DNA from: Bacteroidales bacterium
Lineage (GTDB): Bacteria > Bacteroidota > Bacteroidia > Bacteroidales > UBA10428
DNA: 64,000 nt
Reading direction: 5' to 3'
Assembly (NCBI GenBank): GCA_016926375.1
Contig: JAFGOR010000013.1
Coordinates: forward strand, 1,658 to 65,657
The translations under genes and the position numbers were made by a program. A model generated the notes under the pieces. The model did not search any database and had not been told where the DNA came from. It saw nothing but the letters and a program-made list of their open reading frames with translations. This document shows, one piece after another, positions 27,074 to 36,130 of the stretch (its first letter is position 1; every line of letters begins with the position of its first letter).

Positions 27074-30000
27074 TTACTTAATTTCTGCGTGGTATTCCTG
27101 TAACGACTTTACCTTGTATTCGCCTTCCTTCCGGTCTTTAATACCTTTGGTTGCAGCAAGGGCAGCGGATGTTGTGGTAATGTAAAGTACCTTATGCTTA
27201 ATGGCGTTTTTACGGATGTAGGAATCGTCATATTCACTCATTTTACCGGCAGGCGTGTTGATCACCAGGTTAATCTCCCCGTTTTTAATGGCGTCTACAA
27301 TGTTAGGCCGGCCCTGGTAAACCTTTTTAATCACTTCGGCATCAATACCGTGTTCCTTTAAAAACTTCTGAGTTCCTCCGGTTGCCAGAATCCTGAATTT
27401 CATATCGCTGAAATTCCGGGCAACTTCAATGATCTTTTCCTTATCGCGATCGGCAATGGTAATCAGCACGGTTCCTTCAATGGGTAAACTGGTTTGGGTT
27501 GCCTCCTGCGATTTGAAAAACGCCATACCATAGGAATCGGCCAAACCAAGGACTTCACCCGTGGAGCGCATTTCAGGTCCCAGCAGCGGATCCACGTTGG
27601 GGAACATGTTAAATGGGAACACAGCCTCTTTCACACCAAAATGACTGAATTGTTTTTCTTTCAGTTTAAACTCAGCCAGTTTTTTTCCAAGCACCAGTTC
27701 AGTAGCAATACTGGCCATGGATACATTGCAAACTTTTGAAACAAGAGGTACTGTTCGGGAAGCCCTGGGATTGGCTTCAAGAATGTAAACCTTGTCTTCA
27801 TATATGGCATACTGAATGTTCATCAGTCCTACCACCTGCATTTCGATTGCAATGCTGCGGGTATATTCCTTAATGGTTTCAACATGCTTATCGGGAATAA
27901 TTACCGGGGGAATCACACAGGCCGAATCACCCGAATGAATTCCCGCGTATTCAATATGCTGCATCACCACCGGAACAAAGGCATCGGTGCCATCGGAAAG
28001 GGCATCGGCTTCAGCCTCTATGGCATCTTCGAGAAACTTATCAATCAGCAGCGGACGGTCGGGTGAAACATCCACTGCAGCTTTCACATATTGTTCCAGC
28101 ATTTCTTCATCCAGCACAATCTTCATGGCCCTGCCACCCAATACGTAGGAAGGACGTACCATTAACGGGTAACCGATTCTTGCGGCAATAGCCAGTGCTT
28201 CTTCCAACGTGCTGGCCATACCCGATTCAGGTTGCGGAATACCCAGCTTTTCCATTACGTGCCTGAATCGATCGCGGTCCTCTGCCAGATCGATGGTTTC
28301 AGGTGTGGTTCCCAGAATTTTCACTCCGGCTTCGGCCAGTTCCTTTGCCAGATTCAAAGGTGTTTGTCCGCCAAACTGCACAATAACACCCTCTGGCTTT
28401 TCATTATTGTAGATGCTAAGCACATCTTCAGCCGTAAGCGGCTCAAAATAGAGCTTATCTGAAGTATCATAATCAGTAGAAACAGTTTCGGGGTTACAGT
28501 TGATCATGATTGATTCATATCCTGCAGCCCTAATTGCAAAAGCAGCATGAACACAACAGTAGTCAAATTCAATACCCTGTCCGATCCGGTTCGGGCCACC
28601 GCCGAGCACCATAATTTTCTTGCGGTTACTGGTTTGAACCTGGTTAGGCGCATTATAGGTAGAAAAATAATATGCAGCATTTTCAACGCCGCTTACAGGA
28701 ACAGGCTCCCAGGCTTCGGTCAGTCCGAGAGATATCCGTTTATCGCGTATTTCCTTTTCAGAAATTCCAAGCAATCTGGCCAGGTATTTATCGGCAAAAC
28801 CATCCTTCTTGGCTTGGATCACCAGACTATCAGGAAGCATACTTCCTTTATAACTCAATATTTTCTCTTCCAGATCAACCAATTCCTTCATCTGCTCAAT
28901 AAACCAGGCTTTGATGTGTGTTTTTTCTGAAAGTTCATCCACAGTGGCACCTTTACGGAGTGCCTCATACATGATGAACTGCCTTTCGCTGGAGGCATGG
29001 TTGAGCATCACCATCAGGTCATGCAGCGATTTCATATTGAAATCTTTTGCAAATCCCAAACCTGAACGGCCTATTTCGAGTGAACGGATTGCTTTATGGA
29101 GGGCTTCCTTATAATTTTTACCGATACTCATTACCTCGCCGACTGCATGCATCTGGGTTCCCAGTTTGTCCTCCAGGCCCTCAAATTTTTCAAAAGCCCA
29201 GCGTGCAAATTTAACCACCACATAATCGCCCCAGGGTTCATATTTATCAAGGGTTTCGCAGCGCCAATACGGAATTTCATCGAGCGTCATACCGCCTGCC
29301 AGAAGTGCTGAAACCAATGCAATCGGGAAACCGGTAGCCTTTGAAGCCAGGGCAGATGAGCGGGAAGTGCGCGGATTGATTTCGATAACAACAACCCTTC
29401 CGGTCTTGGGATCGTGAGCAAACTGCACATTGGTACCGCCGATTACCTCTATGGCTTCAACAATATCATAGGAATATTTCTGAAGCCGCTTTTGAAGATC
29501 GGTTGAAATGGTCATCATAGGGGCCGTGCAAAATGAATCTCCGGTATGAACACCCATAGCATCCACATTCTCGATGAAACATACTGTAATCATTTTATTT
29601 TTGGCATCCCGCACCACTTCGAGCTCGAGCTCTTCCCATCCCAGAACCGATTCCTCTACCAGCACCTGGTTAACCATGCTGGCCGACAAGCCACGGCTCA
29701 CAACTATTCGAAGTTCTTCTACATTGTATACGAGTCCGCCACCTGTTCCACCCATGGTATAGGCAGGCCGGATCACAACAGGGTAACCCATTTTCTCAGC
29801 AATTTTCTCGGCATCCTCCATGGTGTTCACCGCTGTGCTTGTGGGCATTTCGATACCCAGCTTGTTCATAGTGGCTTTAAAAGCTACGCGGTCCTCTCCC
29901 CTTTCAATGGCATCAATATTCACGCCGATTACACGCACGTTATATTTTTCAAGAACTCCGCTTTTTGCGAGTTGTGACGTAAGGTTAAGGGCTGTTTGGC

Positions 30001-30274
30001 CGCCCAGGTTAGGCAGCAGCGCATCCGGCCTTTCCTTTTTGATAATTTCGGTAAGGGCATACTCATTCAAAGGTTCGATGTAGGTAGCATCAGCAGTGCC
30101 GGGATCCGTCATGATGGTAGCCGGATTGGAGTTAACCAGCACAATCTTATAACCCAGAGACCGCAATGCTTTACAAGCCTGTGTACCTGAGTAGTCAAAT
30201 TCGCATGCCTGTCCGATGACAATGGGCCCCGACCCAATAATGAGAACCTTGTTGATATCTTTAATCTTAGCCAT
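27074..30274 (-). CDS. carB: Carbamoyl-phosphate synthase large subunit
   Basis: Starts MAKIKDINKVLIIGSGPIVIGQACEFDYSG (start at 30274; the longer ORF-track start is unlikely). It has duplicated ATP-grasp halves and a C-terminal MGS-like domain, about 1066 aa. Confidence 0.95.
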   Translation of the reverse strand: MAKIKDINKVLIIGSGPIVIGQACEFDYSGTQACKALRSLGYKIVLVNSNPATIMTDPGTADATYIEPLNEYALTEIIKKERPDALLPNLGGQTALNLTSQLAKSGVLEKYNVRVIGVNIDAIERGEDRVAFKATMNKLGIEMPTSTAVNTMEDAEKIAEKMGYPVVIRPAYTMGGTGGGLVYNVEELRIVVSRGLSASMVNQVLVEESVLGWEELELEVVRDAKNKMITVCFIENVDAMGVHTGDSFCTAPMMTISTDLQKRLQKYSYDIVEAIEVIGGTNVQFAHDPKTGRVVVIEINPRTSRSSALASKATGFPIALVSALLAGGMTLDEIPYWRCETLDKYEPWGDYVVVKFARWAFEKFEGLEDKLGTQMHAVGEVMSIGKNYKEALHKAIRSLEIGRSGLGFAKDFNMKSLHDLMVMLNHASSERQFIMYEALRKGATVDELSEKTHIKAWFIEQMKELVDLEEKILSYKGSMLPDSLVIQAKKDGFADKYLARLLGISEKEIRDKRISLGLTEAWEPVPVSGVENAAYYFSTYNAPNQVQTSNRKKIMVLGGGPNRIGQGIEFDYCCVHAAFAIRAAGYESIMINCNPETVSTDYDTSDKLYFEPLTAEDVLSIYNNEKPEGVIVQFGGQTPLNLAKELAEAGVKILGTTPETIDLAEDRDRFRHVMEKLGIPQPESGMASTLEEALAIAARIGYPLMVRPSYVLGGRAMKIVLDEEMLEQYVKAAVDVSPDRPLLIDKFLEDAIEAEADALSDGTDAFVPVVMQHIEYAGIHSGDSACVIPPVIIPDKHVETIKEYTRSIAIEMQVVGLMNIQYAIYEDKVYILEANPRASRTVPLVSKVCNVSMASIATELVLGKKLAEFKLKEKQFSHFGVKEAVFPFNMFPNVDPLLGPEMRSTGEVLGLADSYGMAFFKSQEATQTSLPIEGTVLITIADRDKEKIIEVARNFSDMKFRILATGGTQKFLKEHGIDAEVIKKVYQGRPNIVDAIKNGEINLVINTPAGKMSEYDDSYIRKNAIKHKVLYITTTSAALAATKGIKDRKEGEYKVKSLQEYHAEIK

Positions 30275-30368
30275 GGTGTTTAGTAATTCTACACATTTTG
30301 ATTTGAAGCAGTAAATATACCCTGCTATATAGAATTTCAAGCACCCTGTTGGTAAAAAGTTAAAAATA

Positions 30369-30402
30369 CACCCCGTCGGGGTGGGTATACCCCGTCGGGG
30401 TG
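30369..30402. repeat. Two tandem GC hairpin units, caccccgtcggggtg-ggtat-accccgtcggggt (REP-like); probably also the terminator of the minus-strand gntR-SPFH pair
   Basis: Each unit has a 5-6-bp CCCC/GGGG stem and a 3-nt loop. On the minus strand the second hairpin is followed by tattttta, and the array begins 8 nt after the SPFH stop codon. A near-identical 31-mer lies at 31896-31929. Confidence 0.7.
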
Positions 30403-30409
30403 TCTGAAA

Positions 30410-31306
30410 TCATCCGGCTTGTTGTTCCTGTCCCTGGTTTTTGCCCAGGGAGGCCAGTCCGCTTAAAACTCCGAGGTTCATGGAATCGAGGGCAGAACTC
30501 GGTACGATGATCAGGGAACCTTTTTCCTTCAATCCTTCCCCGATATAGTTCATGGCACGCAGTTGCAAAGCCACCGGATTGTTGATGTATTCTTCACTGG
30601 CTTTGGCAAACTTTTCGGCTATTTCCGTTTCAGCTGTTCCCAGGATGACGCGCGCCCTCCTCTCCCGTTCAGCCTGAGCCTGCTTGCTCATGGCATCGGC
30701 CAGCCCCTGGGGAATGGTAATTTCTTTTATACCTACATTTTGGCAGGTAATTCCCCACGAATTGGTGCTTTCATCCAAAACTACCTGCAGCGCTGAAGCG
30801 ATCTTCTCCCGGTCCTGAAGCAATTCAGCCAGCTCATGCTTTCCGATGATGTCGCGCAGTCCGGTTTGCGCCAGGTATTCAATTGCAGCATTGTAATCCT
30901 GCACTTCAAGAGCTGATTTTTCAACATCCCATACAGTCCAGTACAACACTGCAATCACGTTCACGGGTACCGTGTCTTTTGTAAGAGTCTGCTCTGCTTT
31001 GAAATCAGTAACCCGGATACGTTGATCAATGTAATCCATGATGCGATCGATAATTGGTATGATCAGGAACAAACCCGGTCCTTTCAATCCGCGGTATTTT
31101 CCCATGCGAAGCACTACTGCCTTTTCCCACTGGTCCGCTATCTGAATAGCAGATGCAAAAAGCAGGGATACCACCAGCAAAACACCTAAAACAGGGCCGG
31201 TAATAATCTCAAACTCATACAAAGCAACCCAAATCCCAACCAGAATAACCAGCACAGTTAAGGAAACGGGGTTAAATAAATTCTTGGTGATAATTTTAGT
31301 TTTCAT
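30410..31306 (-). CDS. SPFH/band-7 (stomatin/slipin-like) membrane protein
   Basis: Start preferred at MKTKIITKN (31306). It has an N-terminal TM hairpin, then WEKAVVLRMGKYRGLKGPGLFLIIPIIDR and ...AQAERERRARVILGTAE. Confidence 0.8.
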   Translation of the reverse strand: MKTKIITKNLFNPVSLTVLVILVGIWVALYEFEIITGPVLGVLLVVSLLFASAIQIADQWEKAVVLRMGKYRGLKGPGLFLIIPIIDRIMDYIDQRIRVTDFKAEQTLTKDTVPVNVIAVLYWTVWDVEKSALEVQDYNAAIEYLAQTGLRDIIGKHELAELLQDREKIASALQVVLDESTNSWGITCQNVGIKEITIPQGLADAMSKQAQAERERRARVILGTAETEIAEKFAKASEEYINNPVALQLRAMNYIGEGLKEKGSLIIVPSSALDSMNLGVLSGLASLGKNQGQEQQAG

Positions 31307-31676
31307 GTTGGTTATGATTTTGAAGTTCGTGAATGATCTCATCAATGGTAAAACCATAACTAAATGCTATGGTCATAAATTCCCTGCAGATGTCCTGAAT
31401 TTTAGCCTGTTTTTCTTTTTCAGTCAGGATGATTTCATTTTTGTTAATGAAGGTACCCGAGCCCTGATGGGTGTCCAGGATATTCTGGATTTCCAATTCT
31501 TTATAAGCCTTGGCAACTGTGTTCAGATTCACTTTGAGCTCAACGGCAAGTGATCTTACCGTAGGCAACTGCTCCCCTATCTCCAGCTTGCCCGAAGCAA
31601 TGCCAAACCTGATCTGATCGATGATCTGCCGGTAGAAGGGAGTTCCTGTTTTTGGGTCCAATACAAAGTTAATCAT
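31296..31676 (-). CDS. GntR-family (YtrA-like, short) transcriptional regulator
   Basis: 126 aa. Winged-helix segment PFYRQIIDQIRFGIASGKLEIGEQLPTVRSLAVELKVNLNTVAKAYKELE. Its 3' end overlaps the SPFH start by 11 nt. Confidence 0.8.
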   Translation of the reverse strand: MINFVLDPKTGTPFYRQIIDQIRFGIASGKLEIGEQLPTVRSLAVELKVNLNTVAKAYKELEIQNILDTHQGSGTFINKNEIILTEKEKQAKIQDICREFMTIAFSYGFTIDEIIHELQNHNQHEN

Positions 31677-31895
31677 TGTATTATTATATTATTGTATTAA
31701 TTATATAGTACAAATATACTATAAAGATTTTCAGCGTGCAAGAAAAATTCAGCTTTTTTTTAGTTCAACATTGATATACAAAAACCATAGTGTCAAAACT
31801 GCCTTTCGGTAAGCAAGCATGCGGAATGCAGGGGTGGCATTACGGTAATATAAGTTCAGTTTTGCGTGAAAATTGTTTGTTGATGCTTTAAATAC

Positions 31896-31966
31896 CACCC
31901 CGCCGGGGTGGGTATACCCCGCCGGGGTATATGGGGTGTTGTATTTAACCCACCCCGCCGGGGTGG
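31896..31966. repeat. Three GC hairpin units caccccgccggggtg / taccccgccggggta / ccaccccgccggggtgg (REP-like array)
   Basis: Read directly from the sequence. The first two units and their spacer are identical to 30369-30401 except for the central loop base (c instead of t) in both units. Confidence 0.8.
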
Positions 31967-32057
31967 TATCTGATAATCATATTTTAATAAATAAATGAAA
32001 TGATATGACAAAAACAACTTTTGTTGTTTCTTTACAAATGCTTTCACTAGGCAATTC

Positions 32058-33803
32058 ATGAGCAAAAACCACAGGAATACAAAAGGAACAACAGAAAAGA
32101 GTTCCCTGATTCATCTGCTCAGGCCCTACTCGGGTCTGGTGGGCCTTCTCGTTCTGTTTACCATACTGGGAAATGCACTGAATTTGCTGATTCCGCTTAT
32201 CATCTCCCAGGCCATTGACTCATTTAGTCAAGGCAATTTCTCCATTCACACAATTGTTCTCAGATTCACCCTGGCAGCCGTTTTTATCATGTTTTTTACG
32301 TACCTTCAGGGTATCGTGCAGACCTACGCAGCTGAAAAAACCGCAAAAGACCTTCGTGAGCGTGTTGCAGGCATTATATCCCGGCAATCTTATGCGTACG
32401 TGCTCCGCGCCAATCCTTCTAAACTATTAACAAACCTTACCTCTGATATTGATTCTATTAAAACGTTTGTAGCCCAGGCTGTATCCTCAATAATTTCTTC
32501 TTTGTTTATGCTTGCCGGAGCCAGTGTACTATTGCTGCTGATCAACTGGAAACTTGCCCTGGCTGTTCTGTGTATCATACCTATTGTGGGTACCGCTTTT
32601 TACATAGTGCTTCGAAAAGTCAGGGTGCTATTCAGGAAGAGCCGCGAAGTTATTGACTGGCTGAACCGGGTAATCAATGAAAGCATTTTGGGTGCCTCAC
32701 TCATTAGAATACTTAATTCGCAAATATCCGAATACCGCAAATTTGTGGATGCCAACACCACTTCAAAAGACCTGGGACTATCCATCCTCAGCTTGTTTGC
32801 AGCACTCATCCCCGTTATTAATTTTGTGGCGAACCTTGCAATACTTACAGTGCTTGTATTTGGAGGCCACCTGGTCATTTCGGGCGATATGACGCTGGGT
32901 AATTTTGCCGCATTCAACAGCTACATCACCATTTTAATTTTTCCGATCATCATCATCGGTTTCATGAGCAACCTCATTGCCCATGCAAGCGCTTCTTATC
33001 AGCGGGTCAGAGAAGTACTTGACATCAGGGAAACGGAAGAGGCAGGAAGTTGCACCGACGCTGTTTCGGGAACAATTGAAATCCGGAACGTCACCCTGGT
33101 TTATGGCGATAAGCCTGCCCTGAAAGAAATCAACCTGAATATCATCAGGGGATCCAAAACTGCCATTATTGGTCCCACTGCAGCCGGAAAATCGCAATTG
33201 CTTTACCTGCTTACAGGATTGATTAAACCAACACAGGGTGAAATATCATTCGACGGGAAAAACATCGGGGCATACCGTAAGGAGGATTTCTACAGGCAGG
33301 TTGGCCTGGTATTCCAGGACAGCATTATTTTCAACCTGTCGGTACGTGAAAATATTGCCTTCAGCCAGCAGATACCCGATGAAGTGTTTGAAAAAGCCAT
33401 AGTAACTTCAGAATTGAAAAGCTTTATTGACAGCCTGCCCCAAAAGCTCGACACTGTTATTTCCGAGCGGGGAACAAATCTTTCAGGGGGCCAGAAACAG
33501 CGTCTGATGCTGGCCAGGGCACTCGCGCTCAACCCTTCGGTTCTGCTGCTCGACGATTTTACCGCCCGTGTGGATCAGGCAACTGAAGAGCGCATTATGA
33601 AAAATATAGCGGATAATTATCCCAACATCACGATCATTGCCGTTGCACAGAAAATAGCCTCCATCAAACATTATGAACAAATCATCCTCTTGATGGAAGG
33701 AGAAATTATTGCAACAGGAGATCACTGTACCCTGTTGGAAACTTGTCCGGAATACATGCAGATTTATAATTCACAGCGCAGCACCAGCATATATGGCGTA
33801 TAG
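32058..33803 (+). CDS. ABC exporter, fused permease/ATPase (heterodimer subunit 1)
   Basis: 581 aa. Six-TM exporter domain followed by Walker A GPTAAGKSQ, signature LSGGQKQRLMLARAL and Walker B LLLDDFTARVD (non-canonical; Asp replaces the catalytic Glu). Confidence 0.85.
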   Translation: MSKNHRNTKGTTEKSSLIHLLRPYSGLVGLLVLFTILGNALNLLIPLIISQAIDSFSQGNFSIHTIVLRFTLAAVFIMFFTYLQGIVQTYAAEKTAKDLRERVAGIISRQSYAYVLRANPSKLLTNLTSDIDSIKTFVAQAVSSIISSLFMLAGASVLLLLINWKLALAVLCIIPIVGTAFYIVLRKVRVLFRKSREVIDWLNRVINESILGASLIRILNSQISEYRKFVDANTTSKDLGLSILSLFAALIPVINFVANLAILTVLVFGGHLVISGDMTLGNFAAFNSYITILIFPIIIIGFMSNLIAHASASYQRVREVLDIRETEEAGSCTDAVSGTIEIRNVTLVYGDKPALKEINLNIIRGSKTAIIGPTAAGKSQLLYLLTGLIKPTQGEISFDGKNIGAYRKEDFYRQVGLVFQDSIIFNLSVRENIAFSQQIPDEVFEKAIVTSELKSFIDSLPQKLDTVISERGTNLSGGQKQRLMLARALALNPSVLLLDDFTARVDQATEERIMKNIADNYPNITIIAVAQKIASIKHYEQIILLMEGEIIATGDHCTLLETCPEYMQIYNSQRSTSIYGV

Positions 33804-35556
33804 TCTTAACATCAACAAAAACGATCAGGCTAAGCGCACCAAAACATTTGCTGCGCTTAAGAAACTATTGCTCATTCTTGCAGGGGAAAAAAAGTATCTG
33901 ATTACAGCACTTTTTGTCATTCTGATCTACTCGGTGATTGTGCTTTTTGCACCCCTGCTTATTGGTTATGCTGTTGATCATTTTGTTCAGCAAAAAGATT
34001 TCCGGGGTGTACTTTTTTTTGGCGGCATCTTGCTCGCCATGTTCCTGGTGGCGCTGGTAGCCAATTACCTGCAAACCAAAATGATGGGGAGTATAGGCCA
34101 GCGCATGCTGTTCAGGCTGCGTAACGATATTTTCATCAAACTGCAGGAACTGCCAATTGCTTTTTTTAATGACAACAAAGCCGGCGATCTGATATCCAGG
34201 ATAAATAATGACACGGATAAGCTGAACCAGTTCTTTTCTCAGTCGCTCATGCAGTTTATCGGCAGCCTGTTTATTATGACCGGGGCCGGAGTTTTTCTAC
34301 TTTCGATTCATCTTCAGCTTGGAGCTGCCTCACTGATTCCGGCAGTTATACTGTTGCTTTTCAGCAGGTTCGTCACGCCCTGGATTAAAAAACTGAATGC
34401 CACCTATCTGGCCAGTACGGGGAACCTGAGCGCTGAAATACAGGAAAGCCTTACCAATTTCAAGGTGATTATTGCTTATAACCGACGTGATTACTTCAGG
34501 GAGCGTTTTAACGAAGTCAACAAGGAAAATTATGCAGCAGCTATTAAGTCGGGTTTGGCCAACAGCCTCTTTATTCCTGTTTATGGCTTTTTTTCAAACC
34601 TGGGGCAAATGGTGGTTCTTGCTTTGGGAATCTACCTGGTATCAAAAAAGCTTTTTACACTGGGGTTGTTAATCAGTTTTCTGGCCTATATCAACAATTT
34701 TTATAATCCGTTGAGACAACTGGCAGCACTGTGGAGTAATTTCCAGATTGCACTGGCCGGATGGGACCGAATTTCCAGAATACTATCCCTGGAAACGAAC
34801 CTGAAGGTTGTGCCGTTAGAAAAGCAGGCGGAAAACCAGTCCATGCTGAGCTTTGACGAGGTTACCTTTGGATATGAACCCGGCAAATCCATCCTTCAGC
34901 AGACAAGTTTTGATTTGGAAAAAGGCAAAACTTATGCGTTTGTAGGCCCAACCGGCGGGGGAAAAACCACCACAGCATCGCTGATTGCCCGGCTGTATGA
35001 CCCCGATAAAGGTGTGGTTTTACTCAACGGCAAGGATATTCGTTCCTATGCTCCCGAAGAACGTTCAGAAACAGTGGGCTTTATTTTGCAGGAGCCCTTT
35101 TTGTTTACCGGCACGGTGAAGGACAACATCATATACGGCAACAGGATGCTGGAAGGGGTGACTCATGAAGAACTGCAGGAAATAATCACCCGTGAAGGAC
35201 TTGATGATTTGCTGCGGCGTTTTGAGAACGGGCTTGAAGCCAAAATTTCCAATTATGGTGAAATGCTGAGCCTGGGTCAAAAGCAATTGGTTGCATTCAT
35301 GCGGGCCGTATTACGCAAACCGGCTTTGCTCATACTTGACGAAGCTACTGCCAACATCGATACGGTTACCGAACTGCAACTGGAGCGCATTTTGACACGT
35401 CTGCCGGAATCTACCACAAAAATCATCATTGCTCACAGGCTCAATACCATTGCCAATGCAGATGAAATATTCTTCATCAACACCTCGGGAATGATCCGGG
35501 CAGGTTCAATGGAAAACGCTGTTCAGTTATTAATGAACAGTAGCAGGGACAGTTAA
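33793..35556 (+). CDS. ABC exporter, fused permease/ATPase (heterodimer subunit 2)
   Basis: Start at ATG 33793 (MAYSLNINK), overlapping the upstream gene by 11 nt. Walker A GPTGGGKTT, signature LSLGQKQLVAFMRAV and Walker B LILDEATANID. Confidence 0.85.
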   Translation: MAYSLNINKNDQAKRTKTFAALKKLLLILAGEKKYLITALFVILIYSVIVLFAPLLIGYAVDHFVQQKDFRGVLFFGGILLAMFLVALVANYLQTKMMGSIGQRMLFRLRNDIFIKLQELPIAFFNDNKAGDLISRINNDTDKLNQFFSQSLMQFIGSLFIMTGAGVFLLSIHLQLGAASLIPAVILLLFSRFVTPWIKKLNATYLASTGNLSAEIQESLTNFKVIIAYNRRDYFRERFNEVNKENYAAAIKSGLANSLFIPVYGFFSNLGQMVVLALGIYLVSKKLFTLGLLISFLAYINNFYNPLRQLAALWSNFQIALAGWDRISRILSLETNLKVVPLEKQAENQSMLSFDEVTFGYEPGKSILQQTSFDLEKGKTYAFVGPTGGGKTTTASLIARLYDPDKGVVLLNGKDIRSYAPEERSETVGFILQEPFLFTGTVKDNIIYGNRMLEGVTHEELQEIITREGLDDLLRRFENGLEAKISNYGEMLSLGQKQLVAFMRAVLRKPALLILDEATANIDTVTELQLERILTRLPESTTKIIIAHRLNTIANADEIFFINTSGMIRAGSMENAVQLLMNSSRDS

Positions 35557-35587
35557 TTCGTATTATTAACTTAATATTATAAAAGAC

Positions 35588-36052
35588 ATGAACAGTAAAC
35601 CCGAATCACGTATTGAAGAGCTCAGGCTTGTGCTGCCTCCGGCCGCAAAACCGGTGGGTGTTTATAAGCCGGTGTTGATCATTGACAAATTCTTATATGT
35701 TTCCGGACAGGGGCCGCTCAGAAACGATGGAAGCCTGATTACAGGAAGGTTGGGTGAAAACATGAGCCAGGAAGAAGGCAAAATGGCCGCCCGCCAGGTA
35801 GGACTAACCATGTTATCAACCATTAAAAGCAAGATTGGTGATTTGAACAAGATCAAACGGATTGTAAAAGTGCTGGGCATGGTTAACAGCACTGCCGACT
35901 TTGGTCAGCATCCGGCTGTAATTAATGGTTTCAGTGAGCTGATGGCCGAGGTATTTGGTGAAGAAAACGGCATTGGTGTAAGAAGTGCCGTGGGCATGTT
36001 CCTGCCCATGAACCTGGCAGTAGAAATTGAAGCGGTATTTGAATTGTATTAA
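35588..36052 (+). CDS. RidA/YjgF-family protein
   Basis: 154 aa. YVSGQGP..., a C-terminal AVEIEAVFEL and a size typical of the RidA fold. Confidence 0.7.
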   Translation: MNSKPESRIEELRLVLPPAAKPVGVYKPVLIIDKFLYVSGQGPLRNDGSLITGRLGENMSQEEGKMAARQVGLTMLSTIKSKIGDLNKIKRIVKVLGMVNSTADFGQHPAVINGFSELMAEVFGEENGIGVRSAVGMFLPMNLAVEIEAVFELY

Positions 36053-36061
36053 AGTATAGGA

Positions 36062-36099
36062 AAAAAATGAGCGCAGTTTGGAGGCTACGCTCATTTTTT
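36062..36099. terminator. Bidirectional Rho-independent terminator (ridA-like / dcp convergent pair)
   Basis: aaaaaatgagcg (36062-36073) pairs with cgctcatttttt (36088-36099). Confidence 0.7.
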
Positions 36100-36130
36100 G
36101 ATATTATACACAACCTCCTACAGTGAATGA

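Noticed and set aside
30369-31966. CRISPR array (the repeated GC-rich hairpins)
   Set aside because: There are only 2-3 units per site, with 5-20-nt irregular spacers, no uniform 25-40-nt spacers and no cas genes in the window.
31856-32065. 69-aa minus-strand ORF (…PPRRGGLNTTPHIPRRGIPTPAGWY…)
   Set aside because: It translates the CCCCGCCGGGG hairpin array, so its Pro/Arg/Gly richness is a repeat artefact.
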